Source: Chrysochromulina tobinii (taxonomy: Eukaryota). Taken from it: DNA of 36,903 nucleotides. Where the stretch lies: positions 1 to 36,903 of the forward strand of contig JWZX01002771.1 of assembly GCA_001275005.1 (NCBI GenBank), read 5' to 3'. The first letter of the stretch is position 1. Each line of letters opens with the position of its first letter. The notes under the pieces were generated by a model. That model ran no database searches. It was not told the origin of the DNA and saw only the letters and a program-made list of their open reading frames with translations. Shown here in pieces: positions 13,030-24,135 of the stretch. A program made the translations under genes and the position numbers.

Positions 13030-14914
13030 TCAGATACGCAGCTTAAACCCAGCCTTTCCTTGCATTGCCTTCCGAATCAAGGCCTCCCCTTCCTCGCCAA
13101 TGCAAGGGTCGCACTGGAGGTTGCACTCGGTCAATGCGCCGTTAGCAGCGATTGCCGGAGCGAGAGCTGCTGCACCCGCTGGGCCGAGCCTGTTGCCGCT
13201 AAGACTGCACGGCACAAAGGGGGCCATGTATATTCAGTCGTGCTGCAAAGCCAGGTCAGAAAGCAGGTCAGGGGGGTTCGAAATTTTGGCAAACTTACTC
13301 AATTTTGGTCAGCGCGCCTGTGACAACGGCCTGTGACAGGTCCGACGCCAGCAGGATCGCATCAGGCGGCTTGAGTCCCTTGAAGGAGAAGTTAGCGGTG
13401 GTCTGGTCGCGCTGGATGCCGCAGAGCGAGATGCCCTTCTGCTTGGCGACTTCAGCGAGCATCTTGGCGGACTTCATATCAAGCTGATTGCCCAGGAGGT
13501 TGGTCACCGTCAGCGCGCCATTAACGCGCAAAGCGTCGGCAATCGCTGTGATGCCCTCTGCAGTATAAGTTCCTTCGCCACATTCATTGACGCCGCACAG
13601 CTGGTTGCCTGAGAGGTCCAGCTGCAATACAAATCAAAGCAAGGCAAGGGTTAGAGAACAGAAAAGAGAAAAGGCTAATCTAGGGGGTCAGAAAGCGAGC
13701 ACCTGTGTCAGCGCGCCATTGATGCGCAGAGCGTTGGCAATCGCTGTGATGCCCTCTGCAGTGTAGGTGCCGCCGAAGTCGTACACTCCGCAGAGTGCGT
13801 TGTTGGAGAGGTCCAGGCTCGTCAGCCCGCCCATGACAGGCACGAGGTACGCAAGAAGCATGCCACCTTCGACGCCGATATTTCTCTCTTGCAGGTCGAG
13901 CTCAGAGACGGAGTCGTCGCGCATCATCTGCACCGGAATGCCGCAAATCTCGCCAGAGCCGGCGCAGGCGACAGCTGCAAGCAGGAGCTCGAGCGGCGGC
14001 TCGCCCTCTCCCTCGATGCAGCTGAGGAGAGCGGTTTCGGCAGGGCCTCCAAGGAACGGACTCTCGTCCTCGTACTTGTACTCGTCCTCTTCATCCCTCT
14101 CGTCCAGATCCACCTCGCGGACCGCGGCCACATTCACCTCGAAGCCCTCCCAGCGCAGTCGGGCCAGGCTGGGCAGCATCCTCCCCGCCGCCGCCGCCTC
14201 CCATGGCCGGCCCGCGTCGACGAGGACCTTGATGTTGAGATCGGTGATCTCAGCCAGCTGAGTCGGCGCGGGCTGCCCCTCGCAGCGGCTGAGGCGGGAG
14301 CAGAGCACGCGCCGCGCGAGCGCCGACCACGATCGGTTCACGCCCTTGAGCTCGGCCAGCGTGACCACGTCGACCATGCCCAGCCCCACCTCTTTGGCAT
14401 CGTCTGTGACTGCCATCCACAACGTAAGCTGCGGCTGCAGCGCGGGTGCTCCCCCCGCAGAGCCCACCATGGCTTCTGACAGCTGTCCCTCCGGCGAGAA
14501 CGCCGGCTCGGCGAGTGCCGCCACACGTTCCTCCGCACTGCCAAAGCCATCCGTTGCGCCGAGCAGCTCTGTCAGCTCATCGGCACGTTTGCCGTTGAGG
14601 CGCGAGGCGAGGGCGCGCTGCGCGTGATTGAGCGCCCCGGGGGCGTCGAGGAAGCTGGCGCATTCGACGAGCCTGAAGAGCTCCGAATTCGAGCACTGCT
14701 CGAGTCTCGCCGGCATGGAGTCGGCCTCGCACATCTCCCGGAGCACTGCCAGCTCTGCCGCCGCAATCGTCGGCACCGGGTAGACGCCATCTTCGGTTGG
14801 AGCGTCGTCCATCATGTCTTTGAGCGTGCCTGCTCGCTGGGCCACCCGGCGCGTCCACTCGACAGCCTCGCCCTCGCGCGCCCGCAAGCGCACGCGCTCC
14901 TCGCCGTAGGACAT
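13030..14914 (-). CDS. Skp1-like + F-box-like + RI-type LRR (NLRC3-like) protein; exons 14914-13703, 13621-13299 and 13204-13030
   Basis: The N-terminus follows Skp1 (VRLRAREGEAVEW...GTLKDMMDD...PVPTI...LFRLVECASFLDAPGAL...LASRLNGKRADELTELLG). An F-box-like stretch follows (VTDDAKEVGLGMVDVVTLAELKGVNRSWSALAR), then LRRs (LDLQERNIG, LDLSNNAL, LDLSGNQL, DLSGNRLG). GT-AG introns at 13702-13622 (phase 0) and 13298-13205 (phase 2) join the ORFs in frame. Confidence 0.8.
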
Positions 14915-15313
14915 TACCGTAAAATTTTGTCCGCTTCACGTCAACAGTTCTGCCGTGTGCAGGCAGTGCGCCTGCGCGCCGGCATGCGCCCGAGGTGCGC
15001 CCTGAAGCGTGAAGACGTGGGTGTGAATTCACAGACGAAAAACCGAGAGAACTGAGCATCAGAGACCGACATCCTACGGCTGCATTCGGGGCCCGGGTGC
15101 ATGAGCACGACGCATGAGAGAGACACATCTCTTGCACAATCTGTAGAAGCCACTGGTGTGCAGGCCATGTCACGACTTGCGCGTGCAGATCGAACCGCGC
15201 AACCGGCGGATGTCAGTATAGCGGTCCGGGACCGTGGGACCGTGACCTTTTCGGTCGCCGGTGTTCTAGGTCGAGTTGGGCGGCGCCTTTGGCGGCCACT
15301 CCCATCGACCCTC

Positions 15314-15990
15314 TCAGAAGAAGACACTTGAGCCCTGGTTACGCTTGCGGATGGCAGCCGCCTGGTTGTCCGCCTCTTGGTCGGGGCGCATGTTGCCAGA
15401 CGCGGCTGCACGCGCCAGACCCGCCTCCATCTCCTCTCGCGCAGCCGACTTCATGGCCGCCGTCTGCTTGTGCTGGCCAAGCTGGGACTTGCCCCAGCCG
15501 TCACCTCCGAGAATACCGTTGGCGTGCGACTGGGCCTCGAGCGTACGCTGATAGGCCTCGACCTTGTCCGCGCGAGACTGCTGCTGCGAGGTGGCATACT
15601 GCTGCTGCGCAAATGCCTCGCGCCTCGCGACGAGCGCCTCACGGGCACGCTGCGCAGCGATCTCGGCCTCGGCCTGCTGGCGGAAGACTGCGGCCTCACG
15701 CTCGACACGAAGATCATCCTGGCGGTTCGCTTGGATGTCCTGCTGCTTCTTGAGCTGCGCCTGCGCCTTGCGTGCGCTGACCTGCTCTGCAAGGCCATCC
15801 ACGTAGGCGGTGCGGTTCTGTGCAGAAGCGTTCTCGGCGTCCATCCACGGAAACTGCAGGCACGAAGGTCGATGCGAGCAGTTAGCAAAAGAGAGAGAGT
15901 TGGGGAGCAGAGAGAGGGGGACCAGCGGGAAGCACGCGCGCGGCGCCGTCCGCGCCGCGCCCGCGCCGCGGTTTTACACACCATCGACAT
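15314..15990 (-). CDS. Small Q/A/E/R-rich coiled-coil protein; probable micro-exon 15990-15982 (MSM), intron 15981-15854, exon 15853-15314
   Basis: A 176-aa ORF with coding-like codon use. The ATG|GTGTGT donor, pyrimidine-rich tract and CTGCAG acceptor keep the frame (MSM|FPWMDAEN). Confidence 0.6.
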
Positions 15991-16259
15991 AATCTTTTTT
16001 TGAATGGAGACGGGTTTTTCCTAATTAGGCCCGACGTTCACGTTCACGTTCACGTTAAATTGCCATCTCGGCAAGACGCACGACCACCGGTCCCGTGGAG
16101 ATACACCGTGGAGGGCGCAGACGAATTAGGCCCGACTGCTCTCTGGGGCCGACTTCACGCACATCAAGTCCAAAAGTTCAAGTTCCTTAGGTTGTCTGTT
16201 GTTTATGTAGTAACTTGAACTTGACTTCACGCCCATCCCATCACGCGCCGCCCATCCCA

Positions 16260-19200
16260 TCAATCCAGGTCGGTCGCAGCGGGCCGCGATTTGAGGGAAG
16301 TCCTCACGGGCTGCGGCTTTTCGTCGTCGTAGGCAAGCATTTTCACGGCCTGCGGCCCCACCAAAGGCTTCGGCTTGGTCACGGCCTCTCCCACAGCTGG
16401 AGCTGCGGCAGGCTGCGCGGTGCCTGGCGCCTTGGGCGACGCGCCGGCGACGGCGGCGGCGAGCCCGGGCTCCGCAGCGGCGGCGAGCTCGCGAAGGGGC
16501 GTCGAGACGGTTGCGGCAGCGGCGACGAGCACGGCGATGATGCCCTGCCAGCCGCACGCTGCCTGCGCCGCACCGACGTCGCCGCGCACGACGGCGGCCA
16601 GGGTGAGGGCGAGCACCGTGCGACCGTCGGCCTCGGTGCAGCCGAGGAGCGCCGTGCCGAGCGCCGCCGCGCCGCCCGCCTCGAGGGCCGCGCCTCGCGC
16701 CTCGGGCCAACTCTCAAGCATCGCGCCCAACGCGGCCGCGAGGGGCACCGCCGCGTTCGGCTCGCTCGCGCTCATGTGTACGATGAGCAGGGGCACCGCG
16801 CCGGCCTGCGCAAGCGCACCTGCGAGCTTGGGATTGGTGGCGAGCTGCCGAGTCGCGTGAAGCCCTTCAGCTGCGTACTCGGTACCGACGTACTTTCGCG
16901 ACGCAGCACAGCCGAGGAGGAGGACGATCGAGTATGCCGTGCCGAGTGCAAAGGTGCCGTCGGCCACCAGGGCCTCGTCGCTCGTGCACGCGCCAAGCGT
17001 GTGCGCCACGAAGCGCACTGCCGTTGGGTCCGCGCCGAGCGCCTCACGCGCCGCGCCCTGTCGAGCGAGCAGCGCGGCGGTACCCTGCGCGCTCGCTTTG
17101 TGTAGCGCTTCACTGCGAGGATTCGAGCCCAGAAACGCTTCGAGCATCCCCTTCTGCGCGGCGGCGGCCTTGGCGGCGACGTGCACGTTGAGGACCGCGA
17201 GGACGGCAGGCCAGCCGCATGCGGCGTAGATGGCGTCCCAATCGCCACGGACGACCGCAGCGAGGGTGAGCGCGAGGACGAGCCGGCCGTCGGCCTCGGT
17301 GCAGCCGAGGAGCGCCGTGCCGAGCGCCGCCGCGCCGCCCGCCTCGAGGGCCGCGCCTCGCGCCTCGGGCCGACTCTCAAGCATCGCGCCCAACGCGGCC
17401 GCGAGGGGCACCGCCGCGTTCGGCTCACTCGAGCCGATGAGAAACACGACGGACGTGATGGCGCCCGGCACCTCGACGAACGCGCCCGCGAGAGCGCGAT
17501 CGCCGCTCAGCTTGAGGAGAGTGGCCAAGGATTGCTCGACGACGTGGTGGTCGTTGTGCGAGAGGAGCGCATGCACAGCTCGGGGCGTGCCCGCCGCGAG
17601 CAGCGCGGGCGCCACCGTCTCGGCGAACCCGACCAGGTTGCTCAAAGCGGTGAGCGCCATGGTGAGCACCGCAGCGTCCTGTTCGAAGAGGAGCCGACCG
17701 AGCGTCGCGAGCACGCCCGGCACGGCGCTCAGCGCCGTCGGGTCGACGTACGAAAAGTTGGCCAGGGCCGAGAGCGCCATCGCGCGCGTGCGCGCGTCCA
17801 GCTGCGTCGAGGCGCTCAGCTGCTGAGCGAGCGGCGGGAGCGCGCCCCATGACGCGAGCTGCAGACGAAAGGTATCATCCGCCGCAAAGTGCGAGAGCGC
17901 GTGCGTCGCGTGGCGCGCTCCCTCGCCCCCCTCGCTAATGGCCATCGAAAGGGCGGGCGGCAGGTTGAGCAGCACGAGCTCGCGCCGGCACAGTCGGTCC
18001 TCGGACACCTTGGCCAGCAGACCGAGCGCCGCCGTGCGCGCCTCGGTCTGGGCGCCGCCGTGGGCTCGTCCCTTGGTGGCCATGATCACGCCCGCGAGAG
18101 CGCTCTGAAAGGGCAGCGAGCGCAACGGCTCGAGGCTGAGCGCGCCGAGCGACGAGAGGTTCGCCAGGGTCGTGAGCGCTGCGGCTTTGGCCGTCTCTGT
18201 GGGCGGCGCCACGATGATGTTCACGTACGTTGCGAGGGCTCTCGGGTACTCGGCGATGGCGACCGCCGAGGTGGGCGCGGCGGAGAGGGTGGCGAGCGCC
18301 TGCATCGCCTGTAGGTGCGTCGCCTCGGCGGCCGAGGTGGACACGAGCGTCTCGCAGAGCAGTGTAATCCCGCCGCTGTTCTCAAGCACGGTCAGCTGTG
18401 CCTTGTCAGTTGGGTCGAGCAGGGCTAAGATGGTGGCCGCCGCCTTGTGCACCTCCTCCTGACGGCACGCCAGCAACGCCACCAGGGCAGGCAGCGCCGA
18501 CGCCTGGCGCACCGCATGACGAACCGCCTCGACACCGGAGTCGCCGATGGCACCAAAGGCGGCCAGCACCGAGAGAGCCTGCCCGGCGTCCTTGGACGCC
18601 TCTGCGGCGGCGCGTGAGTCCACGGCGTCGGCGCTGCCCGTCCTGCCCGTCCAGTTGGCGATCATGGCCGCTCGCATCATCTCCCTGATGACAGGGACGG
18701 CGGCGCCCGCGGCCAGCAGCGCAGGCGCGCCGTTATGGGCACATATCCTCGAGATGAGGTGCAGTGCACACGAGCGCGTCTGGGCCACATTTGGCAACTC
18801 GCGCTCCGGGAGCGAGATCAGCGCGAGCAGCGGACGTACGCCGTCGGCCGCAACGAGCTGCTGGCAGGCTGTCTCGGTCGTGATGACCGTGATGAGCAGC
18901 AGCGTAACCTCCTGCTGCACGGTGGGGTCTGACGAGCTGAGCAGCGCGCCTGCGATGGACGCGCAGCGGTGGGCGGCGAGCCGTGAGCTAGGTGGGCGTG
19001 TGCAACGCGAAGGGAGAGAGGGAGAGAGAGAGAGACAGACAGAGACAGAGGGGGAGAGGGGGAGAGGGGGAGAGAGAGAGAGAGAGAAAGAGAGGCGCTC
19101 GGGGCGGCGCGCTCGGGGCAGGGCAGGCAGGCTGGAGTCCGCGGGAACTCGCACCGAGGTACAGGATGCCTCCGCCACCGGCTAGGGCGTCCTTGACTCG

Positions 19201-20010
19201 ATCCTCTACGGCGAGGAGCCAGATGGCGTGGCAGAGCGCCGCCTGCACGGGCGGCTCCGACACGGCGCCGAGGACGTCCACGAGGCGCAGCGCGAGGCTG
19301 CCATCCTTGATCGAGTCGGCTGCCGGCTCGGCGGTCGCGCCGACCTCGCGGGCCACCCGCTGCACAAGCGTCGAGATTGCTTTGGCCGCGTCCACACGCT
19401 TCGGGACGGGCAGCGTCGCGTCGATCATGATCACCAGCAACGTGTCTACATCCGCCGCCGCGGCCTCCTCGCGCGACGTGCCAAAGAGGTGGACATGCTC
19501 GGGCATGGCGGCGGCCGCCACCGCTGCGCCTCTGTTCGAAGCTTCCACCTCCGCCAGCTTCTTTTTTGGGAAGAGGTGGAGGCCGCCGAGTTTGGACATG
19601 ACGCCCTTCTTCTTCTTCTGCGCGCCGGGCTCGGACTCGGGCTCGGTGCCGGCGTGCGGCAATCGCGCTGCGATCTCGTTCAGGTCCCACGAGCGAGGCG
19701 TGGCTTCAGCGTTCAGCGGCGCCTCCTGGTTGCGTGGGCGTGTATATGAGTTCATCCGCGTGATGGAGTTGAAGTAATACTTGCGCCCGGTGCCGGGCTC
19801 GAAACGCTCCTCCCAGCCCGGCGGCAATGGCGCAGAGCCACGCTGGATTGATGCCATCCGAGCGATGGGCTGCACCACGTGAACAGGCTCCTCCGCTCGC
19901 GAGGAATCCGTGCGTAGGGCCTGGAGGACCTCCGCGCGTGGCACGCCCGCTGCGATCAGCCCGGCTGCATCCGGGTTGCTTGCGAGCAACTCGTCGTCCG
20001 TGAGGGGCAT
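16260..20010 (-). CDS. WW-domain plus armadillo-repeat protein; exons 20010-19155 and 18949-16260
   Basis: PLPPGWEERFEPGTGRKYYFNSITRMNSYTRP is a WW domain with the second Trp replaced by Tyr. Many ARM-like repeats follow (GVRPLLALI, GALPPLAQQL, GAVPLLIVHM). A phase-1 GT-AG intron at 19154-18950 contains a CT microsatellite. Confidence 0.82.
16624..17426. repeat. Near-identical 140-bp direct repeat within the ARM gene (16624-16763 and 17287-17426)
   Basis: The copies are 663 bp apart and I see only one mismatch (Arg/Trp). Both encode EPNAAVPLAAALGAMLES(R/W)PEARGAALEAGGAAALGTALLGCTEADG. Confidence 0.92.
19011..19094. repeat. GA/GACA-rich microsatellite inside the WW-ARM intron
   Basis: agggagagagggagagagagagacagacagagacagag... 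is directly visible. Confidence 0.9.
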
Positions 20011-20262
20011 ATTTGTCCGTGAGGTAGCTCGGAAGTATTTCCGTCAAGCTGCCACCGCGTCGGGAAGGAGAAGGAATCGTGCTTCGGCTCGGAACGAAAC
20101 TTTAGGCGCTCGTGCTGTTTTCGCCACCAAAGCGTGCTCACAGTGAGACTGTTGAGCCCTCCTTTTTTCTCAGATCTTGACAAACTTGTGGGCTTTTGGA
20201 CACAAACTGGCAAACTTCTTTTCGCCAATCGTGTGCGCATCGCCGACGCCGGGGCAGACAAC

Positions 20263-23082
20263 ATGGCGGACGCCGAACGCCGATTGTCAGAAGACTCAAC
20301 GGAGAAGGCTGAGCCAGAAGGTGGAGAGCCTAGCCCTCCGCCACCCCCCGAGCCCTCGCCACCTGAGCCATCTCCGCCTCCGCCCTCTCCATCCCCAAAC
20401 CCGCCAGAGCCATCTCCACCGCCTCCCTCTCCCGAGCCATCGCCACCACCGCCCTCTCCGCTACCGCCCGAGCCATCACCACCACCGCCCTCCCCGGGTC
20501 TGCCGCCCTCGCCGCCGCCGCCCTCTCCGCACCCATTGCCGCCGCCCTCTCTGCCGCCGCCGCCGCCCTCTCTGCCGCCAAACCATTTCATGCTGTTTGC
20601 CACGCACGTTGTGAGCCACTGGACCGAGTACTTGGTGCCCATCATCTGCGCGATCATCGTGCTCCTCGGCCTCTGCTTGCTGATTTTCATCACCTGCTAC
20701 CGCTGCAGCAAGAGCAAGAGTACACAAGGCTATCAGCAGCTCAAGGACAAACAAAAGAGTAGGGCTGAGGCGTTGGCCGAGACTGAGCGGCAGCGGAAGT
20801 TGGCGGCTCAGCGCGAGAAAGCGGAGCGGGCGGCGATTGACATGAAGCTCAACGCCGCGCGCGAGGGGCGCGACAAGCAGCGCGAGAGAGCGAAGCAGGC
20901 GGCGGCAGCAAGGGAGGGAGCAAAGGCGGCGGCGGCAGCGGCGCGGGCGAGCCGCTCGCTGAGCGCCGCCGAGTTGAAGAAGCTGGACGAGGAGGCGGCC
21001 GCGGCCGAAGCGGCGTACAAGATCGAGATGGCGCGCCAGGCCGAGATGGTGGCCAAGGCAGAGGCGATCAAGGAAGAGGCGATCGAGGCTTATCGGCGCG
21101 CCGCGGTCGTCCGGATTCAGCGACAGTGCAAGGCGAGGCGCGAGAGAGAGGACTATTTTCACGAGCTGGAGGAGGGCAGCATCGGCACGAACCACAGCCC
21201 GGTCAAGCCGCCCATCCCCCCTTTCAAGGCACTGAAGGCGGGTCCTGACGGGGTGCTCCGCGTCATGACGCCCGGCATGGCGCCCGGTGGCTCCCCGCGG
21301 CTGCACTCGCCCATGAAGGAGAAATCGGCCTTCGGTGACGACGCTCCGCCGCCCCCGCCGCCGAAGGCCGAGGGGATGTCGAATGCGTACGGTGTGTACG
21401 GAGTCGCCAAGGCGCCCAGGCTGCCCACGGTCAACACCCCTGGTGCGAACCCGTCCCCGAGCAAATCACCGTCCCCGACGGAGCGGCATAAGGTGGGCAC
21501 GTGGTTGCAGCAACGCCTGCCGTCGCCCATGCGTGCTGGCGCGGCGATCACAAACATCTTCGGCGGCTTTTCGGGCAGGCCGGAGCTCCAGCCTGGGCCG
21601 GCCAAGGCGCACGCGGACGCGCTGCTCGCCGCAGAGACCGAAGGTATGCCCATGCCGCGCTTCCCCGGCCAGGCGCGCGCCTTCAAGATCTCGGAGCGCA
21701 TCGAAGTGAAAGCCGCGGAGGTCGCCGCCGCCGCAGCGGTAATTGAGTCGAAAAAGGGCTCGCCCAAGGCCATCCGGGCGCCCAAGATGACCACGAGCAA
21801 GTGGCGAGGTGATGGCAAGGAGCCCGCCCCCAGCTCGCCGGCGCCGGCTCCGGCAGATCACGAGGCACCTCCGACGCCATATGGGGAACTGTTCAAGGGC
21901 ATGGAACGGAAGAGTGCCGAATCGCTCCCCGACTTCATCCGTCGAGCTCTTGTCGAGAAGCAGATCGAGCTCATCGAGCTCATGCGCAGCCTCGACACCG
22001 ACGGCTCGGGCCACATCACTGCCTTCGAGTTCATCCATGTCGTGAGCAATGCCGGTCTCACCGTACCGCCTCGTGAGGTGGGCAACGTGTTCCGTGCGCT
22101 CGATACTGATGCCTCCGGCTCGCTGAGCTACGAGGAGCTCAGCCGTCTACTCGGCCGGAGCCTCATCGTCGCGCCGAGCATTTCGGGGGGCAGAGCGTCG
22201 AACGCAGTCCCGCTGAGGAAGGTCGACTCCGTCGTCAAGTCAGAGGCCAACATCTTCGGCGGATTCAAAGTCACTGTAGGTGAGGGCGCCGAGCCAGTGC
22301 CCAACCAGATCCGCACCGCCCTCAACGAGCGTCACGCTCGCGTCGTCGACCTGTTCAAGCAGATGGACGATGATGGCTCGGGGCATATCTCGTGCGCCGA
22401 GTTCATCAAGGCGTTGGAGGAGTTCGGGCTGCAGGCGCCGTACGAGACGATGAGCGCCGTCTTCGCCTCCTTCGACATTGATGGCTCCGGGTCGATCGAG
22501 TACAAGGAGCTCGAGCAGCTCCTCATTAAGAGTTTCGTCAAGGCACCGACGCTCGCGCCCATGCCGATCCAGGCGCACAACAAGTACATGCTGCGCACGG
22601 GCAAGGTCAAGCGACAGGATCATCAGATCTTCCGCGGTTTTGTCTTCGAGTCTGGGCCGGACGCGGACTCGATCCCCACACAGCTACGCCAGGCGATCGA
22701 GGATCGTCACGCGCGCATCATCGACCTCTTCCATCAGATCGACGCCGATGGCAGCGGCGCGATCGATGCCGTCGAGTTCACCACCGGCATGGAGCAGTTT
22801 GGCCTCAAGGACGTGCCCGCAAACCACCTGAGTGCCGTCTTCCAGTCCCTCGACCTCGACGGCAGCGGGTCGATCGAGCTGAATGAACTCGAGAGAGCGA
22901 TCAAGAGGTCGAAGCTGGAGCAGCCGACCATCGAGACGCTCAACTGGCGCGAGCACAACGCAGTGCAGGCTGGTGCGGCGCTGGTGTCGAAGGCCAAGGA
23001 CTTACCTGCGCCGAAGTCCGGTGCCATCGTGAAGGCCAAGGACTCGGCTACGAGGAAGGAGTCGCCAAGGAAAAAAGGCTAG
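20263..23082 (+). CDS. Single-pass membrane protein: Pro-rich N-terminus, TM helix, coiled coil, IQ-like motif and three EF-hand pairs
   Basis: (EPSPPPPSP)n at about 20326-20580; hydrophobic LVPIICAIIVLLGLCLLIFITCY; AAVVRIQRQCKARRER; EF loops DTDGSGHITAFE, DTDASGSLSYEE, DDDGSGHISCAE, DIDGSGSIEYKE, DADGSGAIDAVE and DLDGSGSIELNE. First ATG at 20263. Confidence 0.85.
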   Translation: MADAERRLSEDSTEKAEPEGGEPSPPPPPEPSPPEPSPPPPSPSPNPPEPSPPPPSPEPSPPPPSPLPPEPSPPPPSPGLPPSPPPPSPHPLPPPSLPPPPPSLPPNHFMLFATHVVSHWTEYLVPIICAIIVLLGLCLLIFITCYRCSKSKSTQGYQQLKDKQKSRAEALAETERQRKLAAQREKAERAAIDMKLNAAREGRDKQRERAKQAAAAREGAKAAAAAARASRSLSAAELKKLDEEAAAAEAAYKIEMARQAEMVAKAEAIKEEAIEAYRRAAVVRIQRQCKARREREDYFHELEEGSIGTNHSPVKPPIPPFKALKAGPDGVLRVMTPGMAPGGSPRLHSPMKEKSAFGDDAPPPPPPKAEGMSNAYGVYGVAKAPRLPTVNTPGANPSPSKSPSPTERHKVGTWLQQRLPSPMRAGAAITNIFGGFSGRPELQPGPAKAHADALLAAETEGMPMPRFPGQARAFKISERIEVKAAEVAAAAAVIESKKGSPKAIRAPKMTTSKWRGDGKEPAPSSPAPAPADHEAPPTPYGELFKGMERKSAESLPDFIRRALVEKQIELIELMRSLDTDGSGHITAFEFIHVVSNAGLTVPPREVGNVFRALDTDASGSLSYEELSRLLGRSLIVAPSISGGRASNAVPLRKVDSVVKSEANIFGGFKVTVGEGAEPVPNQIRTALNERHARVVDLFKQMDDDGSGHISCAEFIKALEEFGLQAPYETMSAVFASFDIDGSGSIEYKELEQLLIKSFVKAPTLAPMPIQAHNKYMLRTGKVKRQDHQIFRGFVFESGPDADSIPTQLRQAIEDRHARIIDLFHQIDADGSGAIDAVEFTTGMEQFGLKDVPANHLSAVFQSLDLDGSGSIELNELERAIKRSKLEQPTIETLNWREHNAVQAGAALVSKAKDLPAPKSGAIVKAKDSATRKESPRKKG

Positions 23083-24135
23083 CCGCCGCCGGCAAAGAAG
23101 CAATGAGGGAGGCGGCGGTAAGACGAGCTGCCATGGTGGCCTGCCCTGTTGGTGCACGGGCATCTCAGACCCATGCGCGCGAAGAGCGGCGTGGCGTCTG
23201 TGCGGTTGACGTGCAATAGTGATTTGGAGGATGTGTTCTCGTGATCAGTGCGTGCAACGTGGGACACACGATGCGATCGTGCATGTTGGGCCGTATATGT
23301 GGGTTGGGCCGTATGTGCGTCCGGTCTTAGTTGCGCCGGTTTCATTCACGGTGCTTGTGCCGCGTGTGCGGGCGCGCGGCCGGTCTGAAAGGCGCGAGCC
23401 TGTGTGCGACTGTGCGTGCGAACGACGTGACGCCCGGGTCGCCGTCGGCGGTATACCGTATAACCTAATACCTATACCGTCGTAAGCGCAAGCCGCAACG
23501 GGCGGCAACGACGCGTTACACGTTACACGCGCCATGGCGAGCTCCCGCGGCATTCCGTAAATAACTACATTCCCCGTTCTCCTTCAATCGTCTCCGAATC
23601 CCTTATTACGCGAGACCGGTCACCGGAAGACGCGTGCGAAACTTTGAGCGTTGAGCGTTCGGGGGTTCGGTGTCGTTTCCGCCGCGTCGGTTCGCGTAGA
23701 CTCAAGACGCTGGCTTACTTCGAGGCTGACTGCTTTTCGTTTTCGTTATACTTTTTCTGTTATCGGTTGTGCAGGATGCGAGTCGACAGTCGCCCCGTAG
23801 CCCCTACGCCCTGGCTTTCGACGCGTTAGTACGTCGGTCGCCGATTACGCAGGCACGGCATTCGCAGGTCGCAGCGGCCCCAGCGCGCCCCGGGGCGGGT
23901 CGGCGGGAGCGAAGCGGAGAACGCAAGCGAATCGCCATCCGATCCGATCCACGAACGAGAAGCGTCTTCTCGCTCGAGGTCCTCTCGGCACGGCAGTTGG
24001 CACGGCGGCATGTGCACTGCGAACTGCGATGCGATGATCATGCATCATGATGCGAATGTATCGGCGCGCTCGCGCCGGTCGAGTCGGGGGGGGCGCGGTC
24101 CGACCGCGTCAAGGTTGGAACTCCATGTGGAACAC

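Noticed and set aside
23100..24050. Possible ncRNA or gene between the convergent EF-hand and methyltransferase genes
   Set aside because: I see no tRNA/rRNA/snRNA signature or convincing ORF, only short local repeats consistent with UTRs.
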